A stretch of 64,000 nt of DNA from an uncultured virus (IMG/VR IMGVR_UViG_3300046692_000581) (Duplodnaviria; Heunggongvirae; Uroviricota; Caudoviricetes). The translations under genes were made by a program, and so were the position numbers. The notes beneath the pieces are model-generated. The model was given only the letters and a program-made list of their open reading frames with translations. It ran no database searches and had not been told where the DNA came from. The DNA is taken from IMG/VR virus record IMGVR_UViG_3300046692_000581. One strand, given 5' to 3'. This document shows positions 1 through 8,607 of this stretch, piece by piece. The number at the start of each line of letters is the position of its first letter. Within the stretch, counting starts at the first letter, position 1.

Positions 1-346
1 TCACGATGAAATTAGGCTCAGCTTCAATCACCAGGATCTTGCCGTCGAATTTTGCACCGGCATTGCGCTCATTGAGATAGAACCAATTCTTGAGTGCGTC
101 AATGGATTCAAAACCGAAAAACCAGTCATCCCCCAGGGCATCGATGTCAATGCCATCATCTTTTGGCAGTGGGCGCCGTTCTTCATAGCCCCGCCATTCG
201 ATGCAGGTGACAGAGCCGATGTCGCTATCAAGCGTGCGCTTGTAGCCGTAACCCTCAGCATCTTCAACGCGATATACAATAGCATTGTTGAAACTGCCGG
301 GATGAATCATGTCCTGAAAAGGACTTTTGCAACGTGAGGAAGCCAT
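1..346 (-). CDS. hypothetical protein, runs off the left edge (phage-type VYRVE...FGFxS...WF motif)
   Basis: Hand translation MASSRCKSPF...NAIVYRVEDAEGYG...WFFGFESIDALKNWF; frame open to position 1. Confidence 0.65.
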   Translation of the reverse strand, partial: MASSRCKSPFQDMIHPGSFNNAIVYRVEDAEGYGYKRTLDSDIGSVTCIEWRGYEERRPLPKDDGIDIDALGDDWFFGFESIDALKNWFYLNERNAGAKFDGKILVIEAEPNFIV

Positions 347-420
347 AATATAAGCCTATATGAATGTAGTTACATTCAGGCCTCCCGCGCATATGATGCG
401 GTGTTCATAAAAACTCCAAT

Positions 421-476
421 AAAAAACCCATCAGCCGCCACTTCCTTCCTGTTATGGAGGGTGTAACGTTGATGGG
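421..476 (-). terminator. intrinsic terminator after tRNA-Thr
   Basis: CCCATCA(A)C...G(C)TGATGGG stem followed by T-run on the minus strand. Confidence 0.6.
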
Positions 477-486
477 CCGTATTGTA

Positions 487-562
<76 letters not shown>

Positions 563-583
563 ATATGTGTTTTGATGGAATCA

Positions 584-612
584 ATTATATTAAGTCGGAA
601 GTAAGAAGTCAA
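584..612 (-). promoter_or_regulatory. sigma70 promoter of tRNA-Thr
   Basis: TTGACT-N17-TATAAT. Confidence 0.8.
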
Positions 613-650
613 TACTTAATTCAACATTTTTATTATTCCGTGCCTTTAAT

Positions 651-766
651 TCGGTGCCCATTACGCCGGGCCAGCGGGCGGTTCCTCGGTACTGTTGCTT
701 CCCTTAATCTCCGTTAGCCGTCATCAAAAATGACGTCGGCCCTTAGAAGCTGGAGACGTTACCGCC
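651..766 (-). ncRNA. candidate structured small RNA
   Basis: Nested helices GGCGGT/ACCGCC, TCTCC/GGAGA, GGCCG/CGGCT, GTCAT/ATGAC, GCCC/GGGC; no credible ORF. Confidence 0.45.
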
Positions 767-782
767 AACTAACTGGTTTAAA

Positions 783-997
783 TTGTAGGCAGTGCAAAAG
801 CGGCCCACTCGGGCGATCTTCAGCGCTCTGCTGATGCGTTAAGCCTCGGCTTGCCTCCCCATGACCTACTCCTAAACCCGTCAAGCGCTCTCAAGGAATG
901 TTTTGGCCATCGAGACGTACAAGCTTACGCAATCCTCATGGGTCGCAATTAACCCCCCCTGGATTAACACTCCGCTACGCTTTTGCACTGCCTACAA
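783..997 (-). ncRNA. candidate structured RNA closed by a 20-bp perfect stem
   Basis: TTGTAGGCAGTGCAAAAGCG (783-802) is the exact reverse complement of 978-997; internal hairpins. Confidence 0.55.
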
Positions 998-1005
998 CTT
1001 ATATA

Positions 1006-1431
1006 TCACTTTGCAACGTGGGTAAAAAACAATTCCACTTCACGACGGATGATGGCGAGTTGATCATCGGTTGGACCTTTGGCCAAAATTTCGGCAATTG
1101 AGGTCCATTCATCTCCATCAGGAAGAAATCTGTCCAGCATAAAGCTGCAAACCGAAATGTCGCTGGCTTTATCCAGCAAAATTGGCATTAGCTCTTCGAC
1201 GTAGGGCAATACAGCTTTATTTGAAATGAGGAAGGCAGGAACCTGTCCATCAAATTCTTTAAGCGCAAAGAGCTTTTTGTCGGCAATCATCATTTTGACA
1301 CTGTCATTCGAAATGCTTAGTTGCTGAGCAACCTCTTTGATGGTCAGAAGGCCTCCATGGTTATCCAGGTAGCTTTGCATAGCCAGCAATGCATCTTTAC
1401 GCTTCTGAAGCTTTTTGGCTTCTAGATCCAT
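1006..1431 (-). CDS. helix-turn-helix DNA-binding protein (excisionase-like HTH, antitoxin-like architecture)
   Basis: LLTIKEVAQQLSISNDSVKMMIADKKLFAL...VPAF. Confidence 0.65.
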   Translation of the reverse strand: MDLEAKKLQKRKDALLAMQSYLDNHGGLLTIKEVAQQLSISNDSVKMMIADKKLFALKEFDGQVPAFLISNKAVLPYVEELMPILLDKASDISVCSFMLDRFLPDGDEWTSIAEILAKGPTDDQLAIIRREVELFFTHVAK

Positions 1432-1545
1432 CTTTCACTCACCTAAATGTTGTTTCACTGGCTGCTACTATGCCACAGGCTGTACCGAAGAAGTTGAAGC
1501 TTGTGCCGACTGTTGATGCATTCACATCAAATCTGCCGAACTGGC

Positions 1546-1809
1546 TTAGGCTTCCGGCAAGCTGCCCAATGGGGTCGTAACGTTCTGAGTCAGGAAATCG
1601 AACTCTTTTTGCTTACCCTGTTTAACCCAGGAGTCCAAACCTAGCCTTCTCAAATCGTCCAGCAATTGATGGCGGCGATTCATCCGAGAGAAAGCGGTAT
1701 CTTTATTGCCGGACTTTACAGATCGACTTGAAACACGCGCAGCTTCACAGCGTTGACGAATTTCGTCTATCGCTGCTGTGTTGCTTGGGCGGATAGCTCT
1801 CACAGCCAT
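1546..1809 (-). CDS. hypothetical protein
   Basis: 87-aa ORF, GGGG SD. Confidence 0.55.
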   Translation of the reverse strand: MAVRAIRPSNTAAIDEIRQRCEAARVSSRSVKSGNKDTAFSRMNRRHQLLDDLRRLGLDSWVKQGKQKEFDFLTQNVTTPLGSLPEA

Positions 1810-1827
1810 TCATTTCCCCTTTGAAGC

Positions 1828-1958
1828 ATGTCCGGAGTTGATTCTCCCTAACTCCCCTTGCCAGAGAGTCACCGCCGTGGGCGATGCCTGTCAATTCAGG
1901 TCCTGTAAAAGTCCTTACGAGACTTTTGGACATATTCGTTTGCAGTTCTCACTGCGAA
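1828..1958 (-). ncRNA. candidate multibranch RNA or structured leader
   Basis: ATGTCC/GGACAT closing five hairpins, preceded by a GCAGT-GAGA-ACTGC GNRA hairpin; TTGACT-N17-TATATT promoter just upstream. Confidence 0.45.
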
Positions 1959-2092
1959 TTCAATATTCAAATAATATAGTCGTGGCGCACATGAAAGTCA
2001 ATATAGTTTTTGATAAAAGCAAATAATGTTTAGTGGTATTGACAAATTGCTCATTTTATGAGAGCATCAGAATCATTTTTTGAGTAATTTTC

Positions 2093-2404
2093 ATGTTGAA
2101 CGGTATCGCTAGTGGGTTTGCCAGCCTGATGGAAGGCTTGGTGGGAATTATGGAGTCTTGTGCGGGGGGCCGCGATGATTACAATCGCATTCTAAAGCAA
2201 AAGTCATGCAAGCCTATGACGGATGCGGAGGCCCTGAATGCCGACGCCAGGGCTCTCGCCGATGACATGGAGGCTATGACGGGCTACCGGCCTACAGGGG
2301 GCTCAGCCAGCTACTGGAAGCCTCGGACGCAGCAACATTACTGGCCAAATGCGCGATCACTTTCGCCGAATCGTGGGCAAATGGACACTCGACATGACGG
2401 ATAA
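2093..2404 (+). CDS. hypothetical protein
   Basis: 103-aa ORF downstream of TTGACA. Confidence 0.6.
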   Translation: MLNGIASGFASLMEGLVGIMESCAGGRDDYNRILKQKSCKPMTDAEALNADARALADDMEAMTGYRPTGGSASYWKPRTQQHYWPNARSLSPNRGQMDTRHDG

Positions 2405-2588
2405 GGATGATTCTTCCAGGAAACAAAAGACTTGGGATGAGCTTAGGCTCGAAATATTGACTGCTGGCTTGCCTAGGTCTCGGATAACAGTGACTATGCC
2501 TCGGCATCCACCGGCCAGTGTTTTTAGATCTACGTGTGACGGTATTTATCCTGTAAGAGATTATTTCGTTGAGCGAAATAAAAGTTAG
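2394..2588 (+). CDS. hypothetical protein
   Basis: ATG overlapping the end of the previous ORF. Confidence 0.4.
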   Translation: MTDKDDSSRKQKTWDELRLEILTAGLPRSRITVTMPRHPPASVFRSTCDGIYPVRDYFVERNKS

Positions 2589-2728
2589 CCCCCTCTCCTC
2601 GAACGGGTTTAGTGTTTCACTCCCGCTAGTTGGCGTAATGGCAACTAGCGTCTCAACTAAGCATTCTCCGCACGTCTGAACTAGTAATGCCGACCTCTTG
2701 GCAACTTATCGAGCATAAAATCTTTGAT

Positions 2729-2896
2729 TTATTCCCCAGCTTTCTCGGTTGTAGCTCGTTTTTTTCTGACTGTAGCATCCTGGGCAAACTCAACAATTTG
2801 CACGATTAGCAAAAACGCTGCAAAAAAGAAAATTCCCAAGGCAATTCCACAGGCTGACGCAACTATCCGCAGAGATAATTTCAATGTTGTCCACAT
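2729..2896 (-). CDS. small membrane protein (55 aa)
   Basis: MWTTLKLSLRIVASACGIALGIFFFAAFLLIVQ...; AAGGA SD. Confidence 0.5.
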   Translation of the reverse strand: MWTTLKLSLRIVASACGIALGIFFFAAFLLIVQIVEFAQDATVRKKRATTEKAGE

Positions 2897-2928
2897 AACA
2901 CATGTCCTTTATTTTTATTTTAGCAAAG

Positions 2929-2966
2929 AAAAACACCGCCAGTCACTAGTCTTGGCGGTGTTTTTT
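2929..2966 (-). terminator. bidirectional intrinsic terminator ending the tRNA operon
   Basis: AAAAACACCGCCA...TGGCGGTGTTTTT. Confidence 0.8.
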
Positions 2967-2968
2967 GT

Positions 2969-3056
2969 TGGCGGAAGCATAGAGATTCGAACTCTAGAAC
3001 CTGTTACAGTTGACGGTTTTCAAGACCGTTGCCTTAAGCCACTCGGCCATGCTTCC
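2969..3056 (-). tRNA. tRNA-Ser(UGA)
   Basis: GGAAGCATGGCCGAGTGG...CTTGAAA...long variable arm...TTCGAATC...GCCA. Confidence 0.97.
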
Positions 3057-3194
3057 ATAAGCTTAGAGCTTCAAATTAGTGAGGCTCTTTATATCTTTAA
3101 GTTGCAAGTTTGTCAGCAACTTAATTGCTCTTACGAGCGTGTAAATCGAGTCTATCTGCTAATCAGCCCATTACTGGTGATAGACTCTAAAAAA

Positions 3195-3269
3195 TGGTGG
3201 AAGGAACGGGGGTCGAACCCGTGCCTTTCGGCTTATGAGGCCGGAGCACTACCTTTATGCTACCCTTCC
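3195..3269 (-). tRNA. tRNA with CAU anticodon (elongator Met or Ile2)
   Basis: GGAAGGGTAGCATAAAGGTAGTGC...CTCATAA...GGTTCGACCCC...TTCCACCA. Confidence 0.9.
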
Positions 3270-3308
3270 ACAGGGGTTAAAACATTAACTAATAAACAAC
3301 TAAGGTGT

Positions 3309-3382
<74 letters not shown>

Positions 3383-3455
3383 GCTATACATCTAAGCGCC
3401 TGTATTGCTCTGTTTCAACAGCCTAAAGCCTCTGCTCTAAGCTGCTACTAAAATC

Positions 3456-3529
<74 letters not shown>

Positions 3530-3586
3530 TTATCTAGTCCGTTTACTTTCTGCTTTCGCTTTCAGTATCTCGCCCTGATGAGAGAT

Positions 3587-3615
3587 ATAATATCCAAAGT
3601 AGCCTACCTTGTCAA
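3587..3615 (-). promoter_or_regulatory. sigma70 promoter of the Gly-Gly-CAU-Ser tRNA operon
   Basis: TTGACA-N17-TATTAT. Confidence 0.8.
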
Positions 3616-3725
3616 CACCCCTTTAGAAATAATTTGCTGAAAAGGTTAAGATTTTTCAGATTTGTTAATTTATAGCTGGATAGTCGATTACTATTGATTA
3701 TTAAGCGAGAAATGGTTAAAATTGG

Positions 3726-3969
3726 GAGGTCGGGGCACTGTGGATCCTGGCCAGACCTCGTCGCCGTGCCAGGAAATTTGTAAGTGGCGGCGTAAGGTGA
3801 GAGCAGTGCCTCTGACACTTCTTTATTGAGACGATTTCGCTCGCCCTCCTACGCCTTTGTGCCTCCTTCATGCCCTGCCCCGCTGCTTTCTGGACTTTCT
3901 TCGAGCGGCCTCATCATTAATTTTCATATTCGCCCATGAAATAAAAAACCACCGGTTGGGGTGGTTTTT
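3726..3969 (+). ncRNA. candidate pseudoknotted sRNA
   Basis: Promoter TTGATT-N17-TAAAAT (3694-3722); four interleaved helices 3726-3812; terminator 3943-3969. Confidence 0.45.
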
Positions 3970-3999
3970 GCGGTGCAATTAGTATTGAGCTGACTGAGG

Positions 4000-4461
4000 C
4001 TACTGGAATTCTTTGGCGTGTTTCAGCAGTCTCTGCATGGCCGTCAAGCCCTCCATCTCTTCTGGCATGTGCGGATTGGCTTCTCGGAGTCCAATCAGCA
4101 GGCGCTCAGCGCGATCTGGCACCTCACGCTTTAGAATGATCAGCGCTTGATCACGGGCATCGTACCAGTGCTTGAGTGAATTTCGTTCGGAGTAAGATGT
4201 GCGGAGGATCGAAGCAAGGCATGGAAAATTGGATTTTACTTCAAGGATGGCCAGAAGCATTTGGTCCATCGCGTCGGCCTTTTTCAACTCCTTACAATCT
4301 TCAAGATAATACACGGAAAGTCGAGAAAATTTCCGACTCGCGTTTGCTTCAGGCGATTGAGCCAAGCGCAAGATCTCGGCGATGACAACGTCATCCGGCA
4401 AATTTTCGTAATCAAATTCGATCAACGGATCGTTCACATTGATCATCGGTTGATGTGCCAA
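4000..4461 (-). CDS. hypothetical protein
   Basis: 153-aa ORF followed by terminator. Confidence 0.7.
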   Translation of the reverse strand: MAHQPMINVNDPLIEFDYENLPDDVVIAEILRLAQSPEANASRKFSRLSVYYLEDCKELKKADAMDQMLLAILEVKSNFPCLASILRTSYSERNSLKHWYDARDQALIILKREVPDRAERLLIGLREANPHMPEEMEGLTAMQRLLKHAKEFQ

Positions 4462-4865
4462 GTGACGGGCATTGGCGCTGTGTTGTTCAGTTCTTTTTCG
4501 TCCTGTTCTTTTGACAGCAGGTAGGCGCAGGAACGCACTCGATGCAAATTGTTTTCAAGGAAGCATTCAATGTCACCCCTAGCATCCATGGCATCGAGAT
4601 CATCCTGAAGTTGTGGGCATGACCAATGATCGTCATTGAGCTTCGCAATCTCTGCGCCAGTCAGGCGGTAGTAAGCAAATACCATTCTATGTTCAGTGCT
4701 GGAATAAAAGGCATTGTGGTGAATCCAGCGAAGGAGCCATGCTTGGCGGGCCTCAGGTGTCATGTAATCTTCGGGATTGGCGAACGCCGTTCCAATTTGC
4801 ATGTCTGGCACGAAGGGGGCGCAAGTCAGACCTACGGCATGACCAGAATTGAGTTGTTGATTCAT
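4443..4865 (-). CDS. hypothetical protein
   Basis: 140-aa ORF, AGGTG SD, promoter upstream. Confidence 0.7.
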   Translation of the reverse strand: MNQQLNSGHAVGLTCAPFVPDMQIGTAFANPEDYMTPEARQAWLLRWIHHNAFYSSTEHRMVFAYYRLTGAEIAKLNDDHWSCPQLQDDLDAMDARGDIECFLENNLHRVRSCAYLLSKEQDEKELNNTAPMPVTWHINR

Positions 4866-5029
4866 TTTTCACCTGAATTGACGCAAACGAACGATTACCA
4901 CATGAGGAAGGCATATTTTTCAGAGTCTTCCCTTGTTTTTCATAAATTATAGTATTGCTATGGAATTTATGATTGTCAATTATTAATGAGGTGGCGAGGA
5001 CCAGTCTCAAAATCAACCCACTGGGCTAT

Positions 5030-5422
5030 TCAATCCCCTTTAAGGGAAATGCGTTCTTCCCTATTCGCAATGGTTTCCAGGGATTTTTGCGACAGATGTT
5101 CTTTGATGAAGACATCAAACCATTCCAGGGCATGATCACTAAAATTATGATCAGAATAATCGGTTGTAATTCTCAGGTGTTTTCGGAAGCCACGGCCTGC
5201 AACCGAAAAGGAGTCAGAAAGCTCATTCAAAAGCCCTACTGGGTCTCCATTCTCCAGTTTTGTAATATTCAGCCCCAGGCACTGGAGAATGCATGTCCGG
5301 ACTTCACATAGATCTTCGCTGACTTTGAGTTGTTTCTTCACCTCTAGGAGTTCAGACTCAAGTTCCTTTATGCGCTTATTTTTATGATTGAACATACCTT
5401 TATCCTTGGGTTTGGTTTTCAT
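5030..5422 (-). CDS. hypothetical protein
   Basis: 130-aa ORF with N-terminal coiled coil. Confidence 0.65.
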   Translation of the reverse strand: MKTKPKDKGMFNHKNKRIKELESELLEVKKQLKVSEDLCEVRTCILQCLGLNITKLENGDPVGLLNELSDSFSVAGRGFRKHLRITTDYSDHNFSDHALEWFDVFIKEHLSQKSLETIANREERISLKGD

Positions 5423-5441
5423 ATATTAACAGACTTAAAAC

Positions 5442-6205
5442 AAAAAACCCCAGCGTCTCCCGACGTTGGGGTTTTTGCGATCAAACGCGGAATTTGCCGA
5501 AACAGCGAATTATCTTTGCTCTACTACTGCGCTGAGGTGGTTTTTACTCATGCCCCGCGTCAATACGCTGGATATCCATGCTCTGTCAAAAGCATGGGTA
5601 GACTCGTGCTGTAGAACGAGCCAGCTCTAGTGGAAGATTTGACGATCTTCAGTAATCTGGCTTTGGTTCACTACACCAAAACTATGTCCTTGCAGTAATT
5701 CAGGCTCATCCTTCGCTTCGGAACATCGCAGGAACTCCATCATAATTGGAGGACCATTGAATACGAAGGTTCTGAGACAGCTTTCGCTGAATCCACCCAT
5801 CGGTGGCTCTCTATTGCACGCCTGAATTGCAGTTTCTGCTCTGAGCCGCGTGGTAGGGATAACGTAATCACCCCCTCACATACACGCGTTATTGATGCTA
5901 TCTCAACCGTCAGCTCCCAATGTGTCGGCATTGAGTAGAGCACGGACTACAGCCCGCCTGCTGACTTGTGCTGCATCCAGGTGACTAGCCTGAATGCTGT
6001 AGTTCGGATCATGCTCGCACCAACAGCACTACCTAGCCCTATTATCACAACCTTTCATCGGACGGGCAGATCCAGATGCTATCACCCCATTCGGGGTGCA
6101 CTGCACAGCTTTGCCGTACAGCCAGTTGCGTGTCGTGAGAATTGGAAATTCTTTCGTGGGCCTTTCACCCATTTAACCGACTTGAACGGCTCGTCAGACG
6201 ACTTG
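5442..6205 (-). ncRNA. candidate large ornate non-coding RNA (~765 nt)
   Basis: Own promoter and terminator, no credible ORF, many hairpins, GNRA loops and long-range helices. Confidence 0.75.
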
Positions 6206-6211
6206 AATTAT

Positions 6212-6240
6212 ATAATAAGCAATGAATTGAATATTGTCAA
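6212..6240 (-). promoter_or_regulatory. sigma70 promoter of the large RNA
   Basis: TTGACA-N17-TATTAT. Confidence 0.8.
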
Positions 6241-6268
6241 CTGTTTTGTTTTCTTTATCGATAAACAT

Positions 6269-6523
6269 TTAGTTGTTGTTGCTGAGTTTCTTGATAGCGG
6301 CTTTGACGTCCTTGCCGATACGTCGCATATCACCATTCAATCCCCCACTATATTGCTCAAAGGGGGGCGCTTTCAGGCTTGAGATTGGGCTCTCCGGCAT
6401 TTCGATCTGCTGTTTCGCATCTGCACTGGCTCGCTCAATAAGCTTGTTCGCCTCATCGAGAGGATTTGTGTTGGGACTAATGCTCAGTAATGAAGAGAAT
6501 GCCTTTAAGAATTCAGCGAGCAT
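6269..6523 (-). CDS. hypothetical protein
   Basis: 84-aa ORF overlapping the stop of the upstream ORF. Confidence 0.55.
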   Translation of the reverse strand: MLAEFLKAFSSLLSISPNTNPLDEANKLIERASADAKQQIEMPESPISSLKAPPFEQYSGGLNGDMRRIGKDVKAAIKKLSNNN

Positions 6524-7244
6524 CTGAATGATTTGCCGTTGTTTTGGAGAGAGTTTCGTAAAAATCGCACACGCTCTTGATGGTGCCGTAATTGGCTTTC
6601 ACCCAAGCCAGCGACTGAGTGATCGCAATTGCAACGAAGCTTCTATAGGCCAGGGAGTCTTCATACGAGAGGGTGTTTGAAATAGATGTTGTTGAAAAGG
6701 AAAAATCTAGGCTGTTCCAAATCGAAACAGGCTTGCCTTCTTCTTTTTCCAGAGCATTGGTTAGGGCATTCAGGGCAACCGGCCCGGCCTCGTCTCCAAA
6801 CTCAGCGATGGGATTTGACTTCAAGGTCATGAGTCTAACGAGTCTATTGCGATGGTTTTTGAGTGAATACTTGATAGAAAGGTGTCGACCATCCACATTA
6901 GTAATCTGAGGAGCCCTTTGCAGAACGGCCTGAAGGATCTGTAGCGTATCTATCATTTTGGAGTTCGATGGCCATGCGCGATGCTCAAGCACAAAATCCA
7001 GTAGTGTTCTGGCTGGTTTCGATATCTCAAGGCGAGCGCGCTCTGCATCTTCTACATGCTGATCGTAGAATTTTTGCAGCTCATCACCAAAATGCATGGA
7101 GACATTGCGGGCTTTGTAAGTCGCTACAACGCACTGAAGCCATAAAATCAGTAAAATTGGGCTCAGATTAAAGGCGTGAGGCGCCAGGGCAAAAACAATG
7201 GCGCCGTTTACATTTTTGTGAGCAAGGAGTTTATCGTCAATCAT
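6513..7244 (-). CDS. hypothetical protein
   Basis: 243-aa ORF. Confidence 0.65.
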   Translation of the reverse strand: MIDDKLLAHKNVNGAIVFALAPHAFNLSPILLILWLQCVVATYKARNVSMHFGDELQKFYDQHVEDAERARLEISKPARTLLDFVLEHRAWPSNSKMIDTLQILQAVLQRAPQITNVDGRHLSIKYSLKNHRNRLVRLMTLKSNPIAEFGDEAGPVALNALTNALEKEEGKPVSIWNSLDFSFSTTSISNTLSYEDSLAYRSFVAIAITQSLAWVKANYGTIKSVCDFYETLSKTTANHSDAR

Positions 7245-7303
7245 CGCGTATGGCTCTGTTTTATTCAGAGAATTTTATCACGCCGACAGGAATGCCGCTC
7301 ATT

Positions 7304-8101
7304 TTAATCGGGTATTGAGCCCATATTGTCGAGGTCAATAACAAAGCGAACGTCGAATTGATCATTCGGGTAGCTTGGCGTTCCCCGTGGGTTATTCAGG
7401 ACCCATTTGTCTGCCAATTTATAAAAAGCACTGTTGTGCATATGACCGTGCGCCCACAGTACAAAATCCTGATAGTGGAAAATTGCATCCAGGTCAGAAC
7501 AAAACATGTAGTTGTGCTCATTCCCTTGAAAATGTTCCGCCACACTGGAATGGGTCGGCGCATGGTGGGTCAGCACCACGGTTTTCCCCTCGAAAGGCTT
7601 GCTCAGTTCGTCCTGAATGAACTGTTTGGATTTCAAGTGCTCAGAGAGAATGAAGTCGGCGTTGATGTGATCATCGCCCTGATCATTTTCAATGTACATG
7701 TAATCCTTTACCACGCCCTGCCCTTGCATCATTTTGAGTGGGCTTTGGTTGAAGAAATCGGTCCACAACGTCGCGCCGATGAAGCGAACGCCTTTGTGAA
7801 TCCACACCTCATTGTCCAAGAAGATAATGTCGCTATTCTTAGCGGCGATCTCGCGCCATTGAGCCCTCACTTTCGCCAAGCTGCTTCCATAGAACTCATG
7901 GTTACCCAAAAGGACGATGGTGGGTCTAACCGAAGACGGACTGAGGATGGGCCTTCCCTTGCAAAGGGTCTCTATGAACTCAAGGCCATTGATTCCTTCA
8001 TGGGTATCACCCAATACAATACTGACGTCCGCATCGATGTCTTGAGGGGCTTCCAGAGGCCAGGAATCCAGGTGCAGGTCGCTGATGATATGAAGCTTCA
8101 T
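7304..8101 (-). CDS. calcineurin-like metallophosphoesterase
   Basis: SDLH, LGD, GNHE, THHAP, HGHMH motifs. Confidence 0.92.
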   Translation of the reverse strand: MKLHIISDLHLDSWPLEAPQDIDADVSIVLGDTHEGINGLEFIETLCKGRPILSPSSVRPTIVLLGNHEFYGSSLAKVRAQWREIAAKNSDIIFLDNEVWIHKGVRFIGATLWTDFFNQSPLKMMQGQGVVKDYMYIENDQGDDHINADFILSEHLKSKQFIQDELSKPFEGKTVVLTHHAPTHSSVAEHFQGNEHNYMFCSDLDAIFHYQDFVLWAHGHMHNSAFYKLADKWVLNNPRGTPSYPNDQFDVRFVIDLDNMGSIPD

Positions 8102-8103
8102 AC

Positions 8104-8562
8104 TTAGTCCGTTCGCAGTGTCTTGTTGATGACTTTGCTCATGAACACGGCCAGATCAGGTGTCTCGTGAACGGAAAAGCCAATTTTATTTTGAATCATG
8201 GCATCTATACTAATGTCGATTTTGCCTTCGTTGAGCGATGCAATCACGCCTTCACTCTCAGGGGCCTGACGACAGTTGAGTGTCAGCAGCTCTATCAACT
8301 CAACCACGTCTTTATTGCGCAGACGATACTGGTTGGTTTGAGGTGGGTTTGTACTCTGGTCAATCGCTATCGAGTATCCAGAAAGGTCGAGTGGCCCAAC
8401 AGCGCTCAGGCAATCATCGCAGGCGACATTTTTATGAGCCATGCCTTTGAAGGTCTGCATTTCCCACATGTGCCCGCCTACATCTTTCCCGCAAAGTGGG
8501 TGACTGAAATCGCCGGGGGTGGAGACCATCAGGTGATTTTTTGCCGCTACGCCACAGCCCAT
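8104..8562 (-). CDS. hypothetical protein
   Basis: 152 aa, GGAGG SD, H/C and CxxC residues. Confidence 0.65.
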   Translation of the reverse strand: MGCGVAAKNHLMVSTPGDFSHPLCGKDVGGHMWEMQTFKGMAHKNVACDDCLSAVGPLDLSGYSIAIDQSTNPPQTNQYRLRNKDVVELIELLTLNCRQAPESEGVIASLNEGKIDISIDAMIQNKIGFSVHETPDLAVFMSKVINKTLRTD

Positions 8563-8607
8563 AAGGCCTCCGCTAATTAAACTGAGTCAATGCGACTGAG
8601 ATTGTAA

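Noticed and set aside
5442..6205. RNase P RNA, tmRNA or group I/II intron identity for the large RNA
   Set aside because: No GAGGAAAGUCC, no tRNA-Ala-like ends or tag ORF, no GUGCG start or domain V, and no interrupted host gene
5384..6382. ORFs 5384-5614, 5740-5943 and 5966-6382
   Set aside because: No SD, unprotein-like composition, and they overlap the structured RNA
7358..8107. 249-aa plus-strand ORF and similar long antisense ORFs
   Set aside because: Shadows of well-supported minus-strand genes
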